NCBI GenBank assembly: GCA_044341215.1
Contig: JBIISC010000001.1
Coordinates: 40,010-104,009, forward strand
Direction of reading: 5' to 3'
Source: Candidatus Nanopelagicales bacterium
Lineage (GTDB): Bacteria > Actinomycetota > Actinomycetes > S36-B12 > UBA5976
Length of the DNA stretch: 64,000 bases
Positions within the stretch are counted from its first letter, which is position 1. Every line of letters begins with the position of its first letter. The notes below the pieces were generated by a model, which saw only the letters and a program-made list of their open reading frames with translations, was not told where the DNA came from and did not search any database. Below, piece after piece: positions 29,638 to 39,655 of this stretch. Both the position numbers and the translations under genes were made by a program.

Positions 29638-30744
29638 ATGCACTTTCGGTTTTTCTCTATTGACGTTTTTATACCAACAAGCGGATTTATCGGCCTATTG
29701 CTTATTTCTTACTTTGCGCTTCCTACTTCAATGGCACTTCTAAACGTTGATTCAGTAACGGCTGGCGTCTTCGCTCTTGCCATGGGACACGCAATGGCAA
29801 TTTACATAACGATTTTCATCCACGAGTTAGGCCACGTTATTGCGGCTAAAAAGTGTAAATATGAAGTGCAAGGGATTTTTCTTCATCTTTTTGGCGGTCA
29901 CACTTCATTTTTCGGGAAATACCGAAACCCTAGGGATCAGTTTTGGACCGCAATTTCTGGACCAATTTTTACTCTATTTGTTTCGGTCTTTGCGTTCGCA
30001 ATCTTTAGATCTACAGATGGATTGTTAGCTAGCTTGAGTTCATGGCTGCTTTGGTCGAGTATCGCAATTACCGTGGTAAACCTTCTGCCCGGCGTTCCAC
30101 TCGATGGCGGTGGAATTGTGGCAAGTTTGGTTTGGAAAATCACAGGAAGTCAAACGAAAGGGCAACTTGTCGGTGGCTATGGTGGGTATTTTGTTGCAGC
30201 GCTTTGGGTGGCATCACCTTTCTTGTATCAATACCTGTTCGGTTGGGTGGTAACCCAAATAGATATCTTGTTCAGCACGATGATTGGTGTCTGGCTGTTT
30301 TCGGCTGCCAGAATGACTGTAAAGATGTCTAAATTTCAATCCACTCCGATTTTAGACATCGATCAATTTCATGCTCTAACTATTAAGGATGTAGCTCGAA
30401 GAGCAATAGCGGTCGACGAGCAACTTAGCCTTGATGCCGCATTGAATCAAATGCGAGATGTAGGCGCTGGAAGTATTTTGGTTCAATCAGGTGACAAAAT
30501 TGTTGGGATTGTGCATGAAAAATATCTTGAGGCCAACGAAGACATTGACAATACAAGTCCGGTTAAAGAATTCGCATCTCGTGCGAGAATAGAAGAAGCG
30601 ATAAATTACACCGAGACAATTGCACACAATCCAAATATCGATACTTCGTTCTTGCATGGTCAATGGATAACCGTTGACGATACTGGAGCTATTTTCGGTG
30701 TTCTTCATCGTTCAGATATCGCAACAAGATTGAAAAGATCATGA
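29638..30744 (+). CDS. M50 site-2 protease family membrane metalloprotease with C-terminal CBS pair
   Basis: HELGHV zinc motif within TM segments, and CBS-like repeats at the C-terminus. The start is either the ATG at 29638 or the one at 29623; the track ORF from 29464 overlaps metH. Confidence 0.8.
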   Translation: MHFRFFSIDVFIPTSGFIGLLLISYFALPTSMALLNVDSVTAGVFALAMGHAMAIYITIFIHELGHVIAAKKCKYEVQGIFLHLFGGHTSFFGKYRNPRDQFWTAISGPIFTLFVSVFAFAIFRSTDGLLASLSSWLLWSSIAITVVNLLPGVPLDGGGIVASLVWKITGSQTKGQLVGGYGGYFVAALWVASPFLYQYLFGWVVTQIDILFSTMIGVWLFSAARMTVKMSKFQSTPILDIDQFHALTIKDVARRAIAVDEQLSLDAALNQMRDVGAGSILVQSGDKIVGIVHEKYLEANEDIDNTSPVKEFASRARIEEAINYTETIAHNPNIDTSFLHGQWITVDDTGAIFGVLHRSDIATRLKRS

Positions 30745-31610
30745 CAAAATTCGAATTCGGCGATCGGGTGCAAGTTTCAGATGCCAAGGGAAACAAACGC
30801 ACTGTAGTGCTCACACAAGGCGGTAGTTACCACACCCATAAAGGCGCAATTTCCCACGATGACATTGTGGGATTAGACGACGCCAGCATTGTTACATCTA
30901 CATCAGGAACTGAGTATCTAGCCATAAAACCGCTTTTGCTTGACCATGTACTTTCAATGCCACGTGGCGCGGCAGTCATTTATCCTCGTGATTCTGCATC
31001 AATCATCGTTGAAGCTGACATTTTTCCGGGGGCTGTTGTTGTTGAAGCTGGAGTTGGCAGTGGTGGATTGAGTTGCTATCTACTTCGAGCAATCGGTGAA
31101 AGTGGTTTTCTGTATTCATTTGAACGCCGCGAAGATTTCGCTTTGACAGCTCAAAAAAATGTGGACGCATACATTGGTAAAACTCCAGAAAATTGGCAAG
31201 TTCGAGTAGGGGATTTGCAACAAGAGGATCATGCGAATGATTTGTACGGAAAGGTAGATCGCATAGTTCTGGACATGCTTGCTCCTTGGGAATGTTTAAA
31301 AACAGCATTTTCATTATTGAAACCAGGCGGCGTGCTGTGTATTTACGTTGCCACCACCACACAAATGTCGAGAACAGCAGAAACGATGAAGTTGCTCGAT
31401 TGCTGGACACCTGTAAGAGCCTACGAACTTCTAACTCGTGGATGGCATCTCGAAGGATTATCAGTCCGACCCGAACACCGTATGGTTGGCCATACTGGCT
31501 TTCTTATGACGACTCGGCGCATGGCTGATGGCTTGAAACCTCTAGTAAAAAGATCCAAGCCCGCTCCCGGCGCTTACGGGCAGGATTGGACACCACCAGA
31601 AATCGAATAG
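30741..31610 (+). CDS. trmI: tRNA (adenine58-N1)-methyltransferase
   Basis: GCD14/TrmI-like with SAM motif VVEAGVGSGGLS; 289 aa. Confidence 0.85.
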   Translation: MTKFEFGDRVQVSDAKGNKRTVVLTQGGSYHTHKGAISHDDIVGLDDASIVTSTSGTEYLAIKPLLLDHVLSMPRGAAVIYPRDSASIIVEADIFPGAVVVEAGVGSGGLSCYLLRAIGESGFLYSFERREDFALTAQKNVDAYIGKTPENWQVRVGDLQQEDHANDLYGKVDRIVLDMLAPWECLKTAFSLLKPGGVLCIYVATTTQMSRTAETMKLLDCWTPVRAYELLTRGWHLEGLSVRPEHRMVGHTGFLMTTRRMADGLKPLVKRSKPAPGAYGQDWTPPEIE

Positions 31611-31673
31611 CGCTTAAATCAAATAACTTAGAACTATCAACAATTACAATTTAGGCAAGAGAAAGAGTTAACA

Positions 31674-32030
31674 ATGGAAAAACCACAAATTGATTTTTAC
31701 CCAGAACCAGCGCCAAAGAATCTAGTCATAAAAGACATCACGGTAGGTGATGGGGCTGAAGCTGCTCTTGGAGGCCGAGTAACCGTCCACTATGTTGGCG
31801 TTAACTACGAGACCGGTGAACAATTCGATGCTTCTTGGGATCGTGGCGAGCCTGCAACGTTTGGTCTAAACGGACTTATCAAGGCTTGGCAGGACGGAAT
31901 TCCAGGTATGAAGGTTGGTGGGCGCCGAGAACTTATCTGTCCACCAGACACTGCCTACGGCACTTCTGGTGGCCACAGGCTCTCAGGACAAACTCTGATC
32001 TTCGTAATTGACTTGCTACAGGTTGCTTGA
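31674..32030 (+). CDS. FKBP-type peptidyl-prolyl cis-trans isomerase
   Basis: FKBP core (VHYVGVNYETGEQFDASWDRGEP..F.L....IKAWQDGIPGMKVGGRR). Confidence 0.9.
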   Translation: MEKPQIDFYPEPAPKNLVIKDITVGDGAEAALGGRVTVHYVGVNYETGEQFDASWDRGEPATFGLNGLIKAWQDGIPGMKVGGRRELICPPDTAYGTSGGHRLSGQTLIFVIDLLQVA

Positions 32031-32989
32031 TGGCAAGTGAGGAGACATCCGAGGAGTTTCCACCGCTAGGTGACGATCAAGTCACTGAACGATTGGTAAA
32101 CCTCGTTATGTTGCTCACAAGCAGCAGATACGGTTTCACAAAAGTTGAAATTGCCGAACGAGTCCCAGGCTATTCAGATAGTGCAGCCGCCATGGAAAGA
32201 ATGTTTGAACGCGATAAAAGAATTCTTGCAGTTAACAACATCAATCTTTCGGAACCAAATAATGACGACGATTACAGATATAAAATTTCACTTAAAACTG
32301 CCACGCTACCTGAATTGCAATTCACCACCAAAGAGCAAGAAATCTTGCGTGCCGCAACTTTGGCTTGGGAAAACACGTCGCAGAGAGCTGACGCAGTGCT
32401 GTTACAGACAAAACTTGAATCCATTGGCATAACCGGCACTGCAAACAAAAGCATTGCCAATTTTGATTTACCTTTGGATTTAGAGTCTGTCTTTTCAGCG
32501 CTATCTGAAAAAAGAATTCTAAAATTTGAATATCGCCGCCCCGAACAAGCTGACACGACCAAACGCGAACTCGAAATTTGGGGAGTCGCTGTTCGAAATG
32601 GATCTTGGTTTATATATGGCAAAGACCGAATCAGAGATGCGGTTCGAGTTTTCAATCTTTTTCGAGTTGAAGGAAGTTTCTCCATTAGTGGCGAAGCGAG
32701 TTCATATGAAATTCAGACAGTAGATTTAAATGAACTTTTAGATCCGAGCAACCGAGATGACATTAGTTATCAAGTAACTTTGGAAGTCGCGCAAGGAAAA
32801 GGCGAGTACTGGCGCGATTTAGCAGGGCTATCAGATTTAGACGCATCCGCCCGAACATTAAGTGTTCTATTGGATAACCCATTGGAACAAATTTCCCGAC
32901 TAGCAGCTGACGCACCTGGCGTAGTTGTAAAGGCGCCGAAAGAAGTTATTCATTTGGTATCGAATCTGGTCTGGGGCAATTATGAATAG
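32027..32989 (+). CDS. pafB: PafB-like HTH/WYL-domain transcriptional regulator
   Basis: First of two paralogous ~310-aa HTH-WYL proteins directly upstream of tatA-tatC-helY. Confidence 0.75.
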   Translation: MMASEETSEEFPPLGDDQVTERLVNLVMLLTSSRYGFTKVEIAERVPGYSDSAAAMERMFERDKRILAVNNINLSEPNNDDDYRYKISLKTATLPELQFTTKEQEILRAATLAWENTSQRADAVLLQTKLESIGITGTANKSIANFDLPLDLESVFSALSEKRILKFEYRRPEQADTTKRELEIWGVAVRNGSWFIYGKDRIRDAVRVFNLFRVEGSFSISGEASSYEIQTVDLNELLDPSNRDDISYQVTLEVAQGKGEYWRDLAGLSDLDASARTLSVLLDNPLEQISRLAADAPGVVVKAPKEVIHLVSNLVWGNYE

Positions 32990-33902
32990 ATTCGAAAGAC
33001 TTCTGGCCATGGTGCCGTGGCTTGTCAAGCATCAAGGTATTTCACATCAGGAAGTAGCGGATCATTTTCAGATAACAAAAGCCCAAATGCTTCAAGATGT
33101 TATGTTGCTAACGGTAACGGGGATTGGGCAATTCGCAAACGAGCAATTCGATGTTGATTACAGCAATGAAAAGATTTTCGTCAGGGACGAACTTGGTTTG
33201 GACAGGCCATTTAGTTTCGATTCGACAGAGGCAGCTTGTTTGCTTTTAGGACTTGATGCTCTTGCCAATCTGCCTGCGCAAGCAAGCGGTTTTAACATTT
33301 CCGAAATTCAGTCAGTGCGCGAGCGAATCTCTAATGCGATTCCAGTGCCAAGCGGTATAAGTGTCCTGCAGGGAAATGTCGAAGCAACACAATTAATGTC
33401 AGATATAGCACAGGCTTTGCAAGACAATTTGCGAATTTCCTTTGACTATTGGAATGACGCCCGAGATGATGTTGTGAGGCGCACTGTTTCTCCTTACCAG
33501 ATCTATTCAGTGAATCAGGTTTCCAAACTTGATGCACTTGAACATGGCAAAGGTTGGCGTACCTTCAAATTGGCGAACATCGATTCACTTGTTATTGAAA
33601 AAGAACTAGCAGATTTCGAAAATTCTAGTTTCACGCCAATGGAAACTATTGACGTAGACATTTCTGTGCCTTTGCGGATGCATTACCTGCTTGAAGGATT
33701 CTCGGTCGTTAAACGCCGAAACATTGACAAACAAACTTTGAAAGCAACAATTTTGATATCGCAGCCGATTTGGCTAGCGCGTCAAATTCTCGCCAGTGGG
33801 TGCGCTATCGAAGTTCTGGGCCCAGATGCGGTGCAAGAACAGGTGAAATCCTTCATAGACACCGCCAGGGCGGCTTATCCCCGAAACTCAAAACCCAAGT
33901 AG
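32982..33902 (+). CDS. pafC: PafC-like HTH/WYL-domain transcriptional regulator
   Basis: Second of the pair, overlapping pafB by 8 nt. Same domain layout. Confidence 0.75.
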   Translation: MNRFERLLAMVPWLVKHQGISHQEVADHFQITKAQMLQDVMLLTVTGIGQFANEQFDVDYSNEKIFVRDELGLDRPFSFDSTEAACLLLGLDALANLPAQASGFNISEIQSVRERISNAIPVPSGISVLQGNVEATQLMSDIAQALQDNLRISFDYWNDARDDVVRRTVSPYQIYSVNQVSKLDALEHGKGWRTFKLANIDSLVIEKELADFENSSFTPMETIDVDISVPLRMHYLLEGFSVVKRRNIDKQTLKATILISQPIWLARQILASGCAIEVLGPDAVQEQVKSFIDTARAAYPRNSKPK

Positions 33903-33929
33903 GCTTGAGCCTTGACTAATGGAGGTTAG

Positions 33930-34130
33930 ATGACTGCAGGATTGACAAGCCTTTTAGGCCTAGCGATACCAGGTGGCTCAGAAATCTGGATTATCGTGCT
34001 CATTGGTTTATTACTCTTTGGTGGCAAAAAACTGCCTGACTTAGCACAAGGAATCGGTAAATCCCTTCGTATTTTCAAGTCTGAAGTGAAGCGCAAAGAC
34101 GACACTGACGATTCAAATCCATCAGCTTAG
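33930..34130 (+). CDS. tatA: Twin-arginine translocase subunit TatA
   Basis: Single TM followed by an amphipathic helix ([24 protein letters not shown]). GGAGG lies 4 nt upstream of the ATG. Confidence 0.9.
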   Translation: MTAGLTSLLGLAIPGGSEIWIIVLIGLLLFGGKKLPDLAQGIGKSLRIFKSEVKRKDDTDDSNPSA

Positions 34131-34141
34131 GTAACCAAACA

Positions 34142-34915
34142 ATGGGTAAGAACCCACAGGCTTCCATGCCACTGATGGAGCATCTTGCTGAATTACGTCG
34201 GCGCTTAATCATCTCAGTTGTAGCTATCTCACTTGGCGTAGTGCCAGCCTGGGCTTATTACAAAGAGATTTTCGGATTCTTGCGTCAGCCTTTTGACGAC
34301 GTGGTCAGGAATAATTCAGCGCAAGCCTCACTGACTCTTGGCGGTGTGGTGGATCCTTTTACACTTCAAATCCAAGTATCACTCGCTTCAGCCATAGTGC
34401 TTACCTCACCGATTTGGTTATTTCAAGCTTGGCGCTTTGTAACCCCGGGTCTTCATAAAAACGAAAAAAGATGGGCGATTGTTTTTGCAGGTATCGCTAC
34501 TCCATTGGTTGCGCTTGGCGCCTGGTTTGCATATTTTGTTATGCCAATCAGTTTGCAGGTCTTGATTGGCTTCACGCCTGACAACGTTTCGAATCTAATT
34601 GCCGTCGATAAATACTTCGATTTCCTATTCAAGATGGTTTTAGTGTTTGTGATTGGCGCTCTGATTCCATTTGCATTAGTTCTAATGAATTTTGCGGGTA
34701 TTTTGCCAGCCGCAAAGATTCGCGGATGGTGGCGAATAATCGTGATGTCTACTTTAGTTTTCGCGGCCGTAGCTACACCGACTGGTGATCCTCTAAACAT
34801 GACACTAGTTGCGGCACCGATTCTGACTTTGATAGTTCTGGCGTGGGCAATTTCAAGTCTGAACGACCTTCGCCGCAGGAATCGCAAATCAAAAAACGGT
34901 ATAAAGAATGTCTAG
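34142..34915 (+). CDS. tatC: Twin-arginine translocase subunit TatC
   Basis: MPLMEHLAELRRRL N-terminus and six TM segments. Confidence 0.92.
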   Translation: MGKNPQASMPLMEHLAELRRRLIISVVAISLGVVPAWAYYKEIFGFLRQPFDDVVRNNSAQASLTLGGVVDPFTLQIQVSLASAIVLTSPIWLFQAWRFVTPGLHKNEKRWAIVFAGIATPLVALGAWFAYFVMPISLQVLIGFTPDNVSNLIAVDKYFDFLFKMVLVFVIGALIPFALVLMNFAGILPAAKIRGWWRIIVMSTLVFAAVATPTGDPLNMTLVAAPILTLIVLAWAISSLNDLRRRNRKSKNGIKNV

Positions 34916-37607
34916 TCACAGCGAGAAATTTGAGGCTAGCCGACAGCGTCATATTGAGAACAAAATGTTGCTCAATGAATTCAAAAAGACTAAAGAATTT
35001 CCGCTCGATCACTTTCAAATAGATGCTTGCAAAGCGCTCGAATCAGGAAATAGCGTGCTGGTGGCAGCGCCAACGGGCTCTGGAAAAACTGTTGTTGGAG
35101 AATTTGCGATCTTTTTATCCCAACACAACAAAGGGAAAGCTTTCTATACGACGCCAATCAAGGCTTTGTCGAATCAAAAATTTCATGAGTTGATCGAAAT
35201 TTATGGTGAAGCCGGTGTTGGACTTCTAACGGGTGACGTGAGTATTAATGGTGACGCCCCGATCGTGGTCATGACGACCGAGGTTTTGCGCAATATGTTG
35301 TATGTGCAATCATCAACGCTGACTGGTTTGATGCACGTAGTTATGGATGAAGTCCATTACCTTGCTGATAGAAGTCGCGGCGCAGTATGGGAAGAAGTCA
35401 TCTTGCACTTACCGCCGAGTGTTCAGATTACTGCTTTAAGCGCAACGGTCAGCAATATTGAAGAATTTGGTGCTTGGTTAACAAGTGTCCGAGGTGAAAC
35501 AAGTGTCATTCTTGAAGAACATCGGCCAGTTCCGCTCTGGCAATGGGTGGCAGCTGACAAAGAGATACACGATCTTTTCATCGATGAGACTGGCAATCGG
35601 ATTAATCCTGCACTAATAAACATATTTCGTGACGATCAACGCCAAGTTAAAGGCGTTCGTGGTCGACAACGATATTCGCGGCATACACCGTTCAAAGAAC
35701 GATTGATTCATGAAATGGATCGTGAAGGAATGCTTCCAGCGATTTGGTTTATCTTTAGCCGTAAGGGATGCGACCAAGCTGTCGAGCATTGCCTCAACTC
35801 AAATGTGAGACTCACAAATTCTGATGAACGTGACCAAATATCTAGATTTGTTCAAAGTCGCACAAATGATTTACCTAATGACGATTTAGCCGCTCTAAAT
35901 TTTGGAAACTGGGCTGAAGCTCTAGGTAGAGGAATAGCAGCTCACCACGCTGGATTAATACCTCGTTTCAAAGAGATAATTGAAGAGTTATTTCAAAGAG
36001 GATTAGTAAAACTGGTGTTTGCAACAGAGACTCTGGCCCTCGGAATCAATATGCCCGCACGTTCGGTAGTGATTGAGAAATTGTCTAAATGGAATGGTGA
36101 ATCTCATGTTTCCTTAACTGCAGGCGAGTACACGCAGTTAACAGGAAGAGCTGGACGAAGAGGAATCGATGACGAAGGTAATTCCATCGTTTTGTGGCAT
36201 GAGAATTTTGACCCCTTGGTCCTAGGGGGGTTGGCAAGCACTCGCACTTATCCACTGAAATCATCGTTTCGGCCCGGCTACAACATGGCAGTTAATGTCA
36301 TAGATGCGCTTGGTTTTGAGCGAACAGAGGCTCTACTGAATGAATCTTTTGCTCAATTTCAATCCGACGCTGGTTCGGCAGGGCTTATAACTTCTAAGCG
36401 GAAGAACGAAGAAGCTTTGATCGGTTACGCCGATGCAATGACCTGCCATCTTGGTGATTTCTTGGAATATTCTGCAATCCGGAATCGAATATCAGATATC
36501 GAAAAGGGGACAGTTCGCAATAATCGATTACTGACAAATAACGCTATTGAAGATGTAATGCGAGACTTACAAATTGGCGATGTGATCTTGGCGCAACACG
36601 GCCGTCGCACTGGTCCAGTTGTTGTTATTGAGAATTTGTCTGATGGCCAAAATGATCCTCGATTGATGACTATGAATCTAGAGAAAGAAGTTCGCCGGAT
36701 GCGGCGTGCGGATTTCGTCAAAGAAATCGAAGTAATCGGCAAAATCAAATTGGCGTCAAACTTTCATGCAAGATCAGCTTCTGCAAAGAATGAACTTTTA
36801 CAGAAATTGAAGAAGGTTCCGGTTTCAAACATGAAGCCACACAAGAACAATGCCTTCGACAGCGCGACAGAAGTTGAGATTGCAACACTACGCCTCGAAA
36901 TGAGAAAGCATTCATGTCATGGCTGCAGCGACCGAGAAGAGCATGCGCGTTGGTCGGAAAGGTACTTCAGGTTACTGCGAGACAACGCAATCCTTGAAGA
37001 ACAACTTCGCAAACGCAGAAACATCATCGCCAAAGACTTCGAAAACGTCTGTGACGTCCTACTCAAGCTTGGTTATCTCTCTGGAGAAAGACCTAACCTG
37101 CAAACTACTGTTATTGGCAAGCAATTGAAGGGGATTCATGCAGAGTCCACATTGCTAATTAGTGAGTCATTACGAGCCGGAATGTTTGAAGAATTGAATT
37201 CGGCCGAATTGGCTGCCGTGGTATCAACTTTCGTTTATGAAAGCCGCAAAGAGGAGTCAGACGGCCTACGAATGAATAATGCAAACGTGGTCCACGCCAC
37301 ATCGGAGATAATGAAACAATTCCAAGAATTGCGCACTATCGAACTCACTCACAAGTTGAGCACCATAAGCAAACCAGATCCCGGGTTTGCTTCTTTGATC
37401 TATAACTGGGCCAACGGAAACAATTTGCTACAGGTACTTAAACGAACCGAGATATCTGCTGGTGATTTTGTTCGTACAACTCGGCGCATTATTGACGTAC
37501 TCGAGCAAATATCGCATGTTGGCAACGAGCAAGTGAGAAAGACTGCGCTCGACGCCGTTTTCGATTTGCGCAGGGGAATAGTTTCTGCGTCAGAGCTCGA
37601 AGACTAG
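34908..37607 (+). CDS. helY: Ski2-like DEVH-box RNA helicase HelY
   Basis: Motif I AAPTGSGKT, motif II MDEVHY, motif III SAT, motif VI TGRAGRRGID; 899 aa. Confidence 0.9.
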   Translation: MSSHSEKFEASRQRHIENKMLLNEFKKTKEFPLDHFQIDACKALESGNSVLVAAPTGSGKTVVGEFAIFLSQHNKGKAFYTTPIKALSNQKFHELIEIYGEAGVGLLTGDVSINGDAPIVVMTTEVLRNMLYVQSSTLTGLMHVVMDEVHYLADRSRGAVWEEVILHLPPSVQITALSATVSNIEEFGAWLTSVRGETSVILEEHRPVPLWQWVAADKEIHDLFIDETGNRINPALINIFRDDQRQVKGVRGRQRYSRHTPFKERLIHEMDREGMLPAIWFIFSRKGCDQAVEHCLNSNVRLTNSDERDQISRFVQSRTNDLPNDDLAALNFGNWAEALGRGIAAHHAGLIPRFKEIIEELFQRGLVKLVFATETLALGINMPARSVVIEKLSKWNGESHVSLTAGEYTQLTGRAGRRGIDDEGNSIVLWHENFDPLVLGGLASTRTYPLKSSFRPGYNMAVNVIDALGFERTEALLNESFAQFQSDAGSAGLITSKRKNEEALIGYADAMTCHLGDFLEYSAIRNRISDIEKGTVRNNRLLTNNAIEDVMRDLQIGDVILAQHGRRTGPVVVIENLSDGQNDPRLMTMNLEKEVRRMRRADFVKEIEVIGKIKLASNFHARSASAKNELLQKLKKVPVSNMKPHKNNAFDSATEVEIATLRLEMRKHSCHGCSDREEHARWSERYFRLLRDNAILEEQLRKRRNIIAKDFENVCDVLLKLGYLSGERPNLQTTVIGKQLKGIHAESTLLISESLRAGMFEELNSAELAAVVSTFVYESRKEESDGLRMNNANVVHATSEIMKQFQELRTIELTHKLSTISKPDPGFASLIYNWANGNNLLQVLKRTEISAGDFVRTTRRIIDVLEQISHVGNEQVRKTALDAVFDLRRGIVSASELED

Positions 37608-38545
37608 CTAACGACTTTCGCAGCTGTTTTTTTCCATAAACCATTGTATTTTTCGAGTCCAAGATTATCTAAAGTCTGACTATGGCCAAGGTTTTCCCAA
37701 TCGATAAATGGAGTTTCGACTTTAAGTTTTCGGTCTAACCGAACCACCTTGTCTGCAGACTTAATGTAATCCTTATGTTCTAGCAGCGATGCTGCAATTC
37801 TTGGCTTTATGGAAGTGTGAGAAGTTTTTGCTGCAGCCAAGATTTGTTTCATGTCTGCGAACTCTTTTAAGAGATTCGTTGCCGTCTTTTCTCCGATTCC
37901 TTTTACGCCAGGCAGACCGTCAGACGCGTCACCACGCATCACGCTGTAATCAACATATTGGTGGGGGAGAATTCCAAAGCGATTGAAGATGTATTTGTTG
38001 TCAGCGATTGTATGTTTCGCAATCCCGGTTCCAATGTAAAGAACGGTCCGTCCAAGATCGTCATCTATTAACTGAAACAAGTCGCGATCCCCGCTAACAA
38101 TGAAAGTTGGCGTAGGACCGGTTTTGGAAAAATGCGCAACCAAATCGTCCGATTCGAATCCATCTAGACCAACCGCTGGAATCCCTAATTCGTTCAAAAT
38201 CTCCCAGATAAGGTCAACTTGTTCGCCCAGCGAGTCGGGCATTTGTTCTTCATCCTCTGACGCCACCCGTGCAGTTTTGTAGGTGTCAATCAGATCCACC
38301 CGCCACTGTGGACGCCAGTCAAAATCCCAGCAAGTGATTAAGTTTGAAGGCTTGTATTGCTTAGAGAAATGCATCAATGCATCAAGGGTTCCGCGAACTG
38401 CATTAACTGGCAGTCCATTTGGAGCAACAAAAGTATCTGGCAGTGAGTAGAAAGCTCGGTAATAAATGGTTGCGAGGTCCACAACTACTAAGGACACGTT
38501 TTTCTCCAATTCCAGTCGATTCGAGCGGCTAATTCTCTTGCACAT
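37604..38545 (-). CDS. 5'-3' exonuclease / flap endonuclease family protein
   Basis: PIN-like N-terminal domain and H3TH motif GDASDGLPGVKGIGEKTA. I trimmed the start to the ATG at 38545 to avoid overlapping the divergent peptidase gene. Confidence 0.85.
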   Translation of the reverse strand: MCKRISRSNRLELEKNVSLVVVDLATIYYRAFYSLPDTFVAPNGLPVNAVRGTLDALMHFSKQYKPSNLITCWDFDWRPQWRVDLIDTYKTARVASEDEEQMPDSLGEQVDLIWEILNELGIPAVGLDGFESDDLVAHFSKTGPTPTFIVSGDRDLFQLIDDDLGRTVLYIGTGIAKHTIADNKYIFNRFGILPHQYVDYSVMRGDASDGLPGVKGIGEKTATNLLKEFADMKQILAAAKTSHTSIKPRIAASLLEHKDYIKSADKVVRLDRKLKVETPFIDWENLGHSQTLDNLGLEKYNGLWKKTAAKVVS

Positions 38546-38557
38546 TAAGTTAGGGGG

Positions 38558-39655
38558 GTGAGCAAATACAGCCAAAGGTTAGCCAGTCTCCAAGCCCAAA
38601 TTCGAGCAGAGGGGATTGACACAATTTTCATTTCCCCAGGCCCCGATTTGAGGTACTTCACAGGCTACGACGCCGTTGCACTTGAGAGATTAACCGCTTT
38701 GGTTGTTCATGCTTCGAAAGACCCTACGGTCATTTCTCCCTACTTAGAAAAGGCTGCGGCTCAAGCTAGCCCAATAGGTGACCTAGGACTTGAAATCATA
38801 ACTTGGCAAGAAACTGAAGACCCGTTCTTAAAGGTCAAAGACAAATGCGGGAAAATCGAGAAATTTGCAATTGATGGCCGAATGTGGGCTGATAAGTTGC
38901 TTAGTTTTCAAAATGCATTTGAAAATTCTCAAAGCGTCTCGGGGACTGAGGCGATCGCCAACTTGAGAATGGTTAAAGATAGTGACGAAATTGCTAGTTT
39001 GATTGCTGCTGGAAAGGCAATTGATGCCGTGCATGCAAATGTTCCGAGCTTCTTGAAAGCTGGCAGAACTGAACGAGAAGTTGGTTCCGACATCGCTAAT
39101 GCGATCTTGGAGGCCGGACATAAGACTGTTGACTTTGTGATTGTAGGAAGTGGTCCGAACTCGGCCTCGCCACACCATGAAGTGTCAGACCGGGTGATTC
39201 AAAATGGCGACGTTGTCGTTGTCGACCTAGGTGGCACATTGCCTGACGGTTATTGCTCAGACTCAACACGAACTTATGCATTGGGTTCCGTCAGCGATGA
39301 ATTCGCAAGCCGATATGAAATTCTTAAAAATGCTCAACACCTTGCCACGCAAGCAGTCACTCCTGGTGTAGCTTGTGAATCTATAGACGCCGTTGCTCGT
39401 AAATACATGACCAAGCATGGAATCGGCGATTTATTCATTCATCGAATTGGTCATGGAATTGGTCTTGAGACACATGAACATCCTTATATGGTTTCGGGAA
39501 ATTCATTGCCCATAAAAGAAGGATTCGCGTTCAGTATCGAACCTGGTTTTTACGAAACTGGCAAATCTGGGGCGAGAATTGAAGACATAGTTATTTGTGG
39601 AGAGAAAAGCGCTATCGTTTTGAATAACCAACCACGCGAATTACTTGTCGTCTAA
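38558..39655 (+). CDS. M24 family Xaa-Pro dipeptidase/aminopeptidase
   Basis: Metal-binding HRIGHGIGLETHE and a SIEPG motif. GTG start. Confidence 0.88.
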   Translation: MSKYSQRLASLQAQIRAEGIDTIFISPGPDLRYFTGYDAVALERLTALVVHASKDPTVISPYLEKAAAQASPIGDLGLEIITWQETEDPFLKVKDKCGKIEKFAIDGRMWADKLLSFQNAFENSQSVSGTEAIANLRMVKDSDEIASLIAAGKAIDAVHANVPSFLKAGRTEREVGSDIANAILEAGHKTVDFVIVGSGPNSASPHHEVSDRVIQNGDVVVVDLGGTLPDGYCSDSTRTYALGSVSDEFASRYEILKNAQHLATQAVTPGVACESIDAVARKYMTKHGIGDLFIHRIGHGIGLETHEHPYMVSGNSLPIKEGFAFSIEPGFYETGKSGARIEDIVICGEKSAIVLNNQPRELLVV

